DNA of 64,000 nt from a virus. Within the stretch, counting starts at the first letter, position 1. Each line of letters starts with the position of its first letter. Below the pieces are notes generated by a model that was not told the DNA's origin, made no database searches, and saw only the letters and a program-made list of their open reading frames with translations. Below are positions 62,600 through 64,000 of the stretch, in pieces. The position numbers were made by a program, and so were the translations under genes. Where the stretch lies: IMG/VR virus record IMGVR_UViG_3300049979_000188; one strand, given 5' to 3'.

Positions 62600-63235
62600 C
62601 TAGTTTACGCTATTTGGGACCGGCCCGTTACCACTTTTGGTAGAAAAAGTGCGCTCGAAGTTGTTTTCGTGCGTACTAGCGGGCGGAATCAGCCCGAATC
62701 TAGCTTCCAGTGGGGGGTGCGCCAAAAGACGGTCCTCGTAGAGTGACACGGGCACCCCATGCTGCGTGATGACCTTGTAAAGAAAGTTACCGCGATGAAA
62801 TTCTCGGTCATCGACTGTGGCACTCACGTAAGTCTCGTCCGCAATGCGGGCAATCACGTACTGGTTAAGTCCGTAGAGAGGACCCGGGAGGTCTTCATTC
62901 TCCTTACTTTTGAGTGGCTCAGGCTCAGCTATCTGATAAGAGCGGCGCCGGGTAACGCGCTGGGTCGGCACTTGGATGAGTTGCAACCCATCCTGGGTGA
63001 TGAGGTCATAATGCCAGCCACTGGCATTAAGCCCGCTCAGAAAGACGGCATCTTTGACCATGCCGTATACATATTGTGCATTCGGACTGTCAAGGGAACC
63101 TAACCGAATAATGACAAAAGCGCCCTTACCCAAGGGTGCGACGCTTGCGTCTAAATCAGTTACAAGGACAGGGTCACCCGGCCCATTCGGGTGCCAGGGA
63201 TTGCGGGTATCGTCGAGCGTTGCTTTTTCAAACAT
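62600..63235 (-). CDS. hypothetical protein, possibly two SH3-like barrels
   Basis: Two similar units ending HYDLITQDG and LYKVITQHG. Confidence 0.6.
   Translation of the reverse strand: MFEKATLDDTRNPWHPNGPGDPVLVTDLDASVAPLGKGAFVIIRLGSLDSPNAQYVYGMVKDAVFLSGLNASGWHYDLITQDGLQLIQVPTQRVTRRRSYQIAEPEPLKSKENEDLPGPLYGLNQYVIARIADETYVSATVDDREFHRGNFLYKVITQHGVPVSLYEDRLLAHPPLEARFGLIPPASTHENNFERTFSTKSGNGPVPNSVN
62602..62631 (-). promoter_or_regulatory. promoter motif GTAAC-N17-CGTAAACT
   Basis: At 3' end of CDS, pointing into the tRNA/tRNA-like cluster. Confidence 0.8.
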
Positions 63236-63253
63236 GAGACAAAATTGAATCGG

Positions 63254-63442
63254 TTAAGCAGGCAATAAGTTAAGCTCACGTGCGAGCGCATCCTGCAGCA
63301 GGCGTCCAAGACGCAAACGAGCTGGCTCATCGAGGTTGTTAGCCTCGGCCGAGAAGCGAAGCTCGACCAGGGGGCCCTCGTCGTGGAGGTCAACGATACT
63401 TACGCTGCCATTGACGTGCAACTGAGTGGTGATTTCAAGCAT
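63254..63442 (-). CDS. small hypothetical protein
   Basis: ORF between tRNA-like gene and next CDS. Confidence 0.45.
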   Translation of the reverse strand: MLEITTQLHVNGSVSIVDLHDEGPLVELRFSAEANNLDEPARLRLGRLLQDALARELNLLPA

Positions 63443-63473
63443 AAGGGGTTAGGGCTGGTTGTAAAAAAAAGTG

Positions 63474-63586
63474 GTACGGCGGTAGGACTCGAACCTACAA
63501 CCCTCCAGGGTCGGGCCTGATGCGCATCTCGGTTATCCATCTGAAGGGCCCAGTCAAGGGTGGTTGCCGATTTCACGACACCGTAC
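63474..63586 (-). ncRNA. tRNA-scaffold RNA H (50-nt anticodon-loop insert; G-1:C73)
   Basis: (G)TACGGTG/CGCCGTA(C); GTGA-AATCGGCAA-CCAC; inner GGGCC/GGCCC stem; GTAGG-TTCGAGT-CCTAC. Confidence 0.8.
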
Positions 63587-63647
63587 TTTTCCACCCGGTC
63601 CATGTGTCGCCGGGGTACCATAGAAGCCCACTACGAGCTTCACTAGT

Positions 63648-63828
63648 CGAGGATGTCAGGAGTTGAACCTGAATGGACGAGCCCTGGGCAACTAGGGCAA
63701 TGTGTACACCAACTACCGTACCCTGCCGCAGGAGTCATTGTCCGGAAGCTCTTTTTACGTCCCCACCCCGTGTACAAAGCGGAGGCGCTACTTCGAACTT
63801 CTGTGTCTACCAATTCCACCACATCCCT
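63648..63828 (-). ncRNA. tRNA-scaffold RNA I (Leu-type D arm and variable arm; ~105-nt domain replacing the anticodon arm)
   Basis: AGGGATG/CATCCTC; GTGGAATTGGTAGACAC; TGTACAC/GTGTACA inner stem; GCCCTAG-TTGC-CCAGGGC; TCAGG-TTCAACT-CCTGA. Confidence 0.8.
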
Positions 63829-64000
63829 AGAAGAAAATACCTACTAATCACTTACTTACTACTGTCGCCAGCGCCGGCGCTGGCTGAGTAGCCTCCGCCT
63901 GCAGTAACCTGGTCATCCGGCAGTAGTTGGTTACAATGCGATAAAAACTAGCCAGATGATGCAGCGTGTGCACCTCAGCTCGCGCTAAACCTTCGCCCGT

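Overview
A 64-kb slice of what is most likely a large (jumbo) tailed-phage genome. A Bacteroidota host is inferred from an Arm-DNA-bind_5-like domain, lipoproteins and A-rich start contexts without Shine-Dalgarno motifs. About 95 densely packed genes lie almost all on the minus strand. They include many small hypotheticals, a CobB sirtuin, a CX5R phosphatase, a LemA/SPFH/YgiB/YgiC-like membrane module, a NYN nuclease, a BCS1-type AAA ATPase, a truncated PEP-dikinase, five tandem paralogs of an unknown Cys/His domain, an RlaP-like nucleotidyltransferase, an intein-containing SNF2 helicase, three 2OG-Fe(II) dioxygenases, a NadE plus nucleotidyltransferase/PRTase NAD module and a Tad2/DUF2829-like domain. 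A 3-gene plus-strand island encodes virion fibre/tailspike-like proteins. The minus-strand genes are punctuated by 23 copies of a bipartite ECF-type promoter motif (GTAAC-N17/18-CGTA[A/T]ACT), many overlapping intrinsic terminators. The right 11 kb is an RNA-rich cluster and holds the most novel-looking system. It has five canonical tRNAs (Trp, Leu, Asp, Gly, fMet) mixed with at least nine tRNA-scaffold RNAs that keep acceptor stem and T arm (mostly also the D arm). In these the anticodon or variable region is replaced by structured insertions of up to ~125 nt, or by a GNRA tetraloop. Several long structured non-coding stretches lie among them. All family calls are from motif recognition by eye, not database searches.
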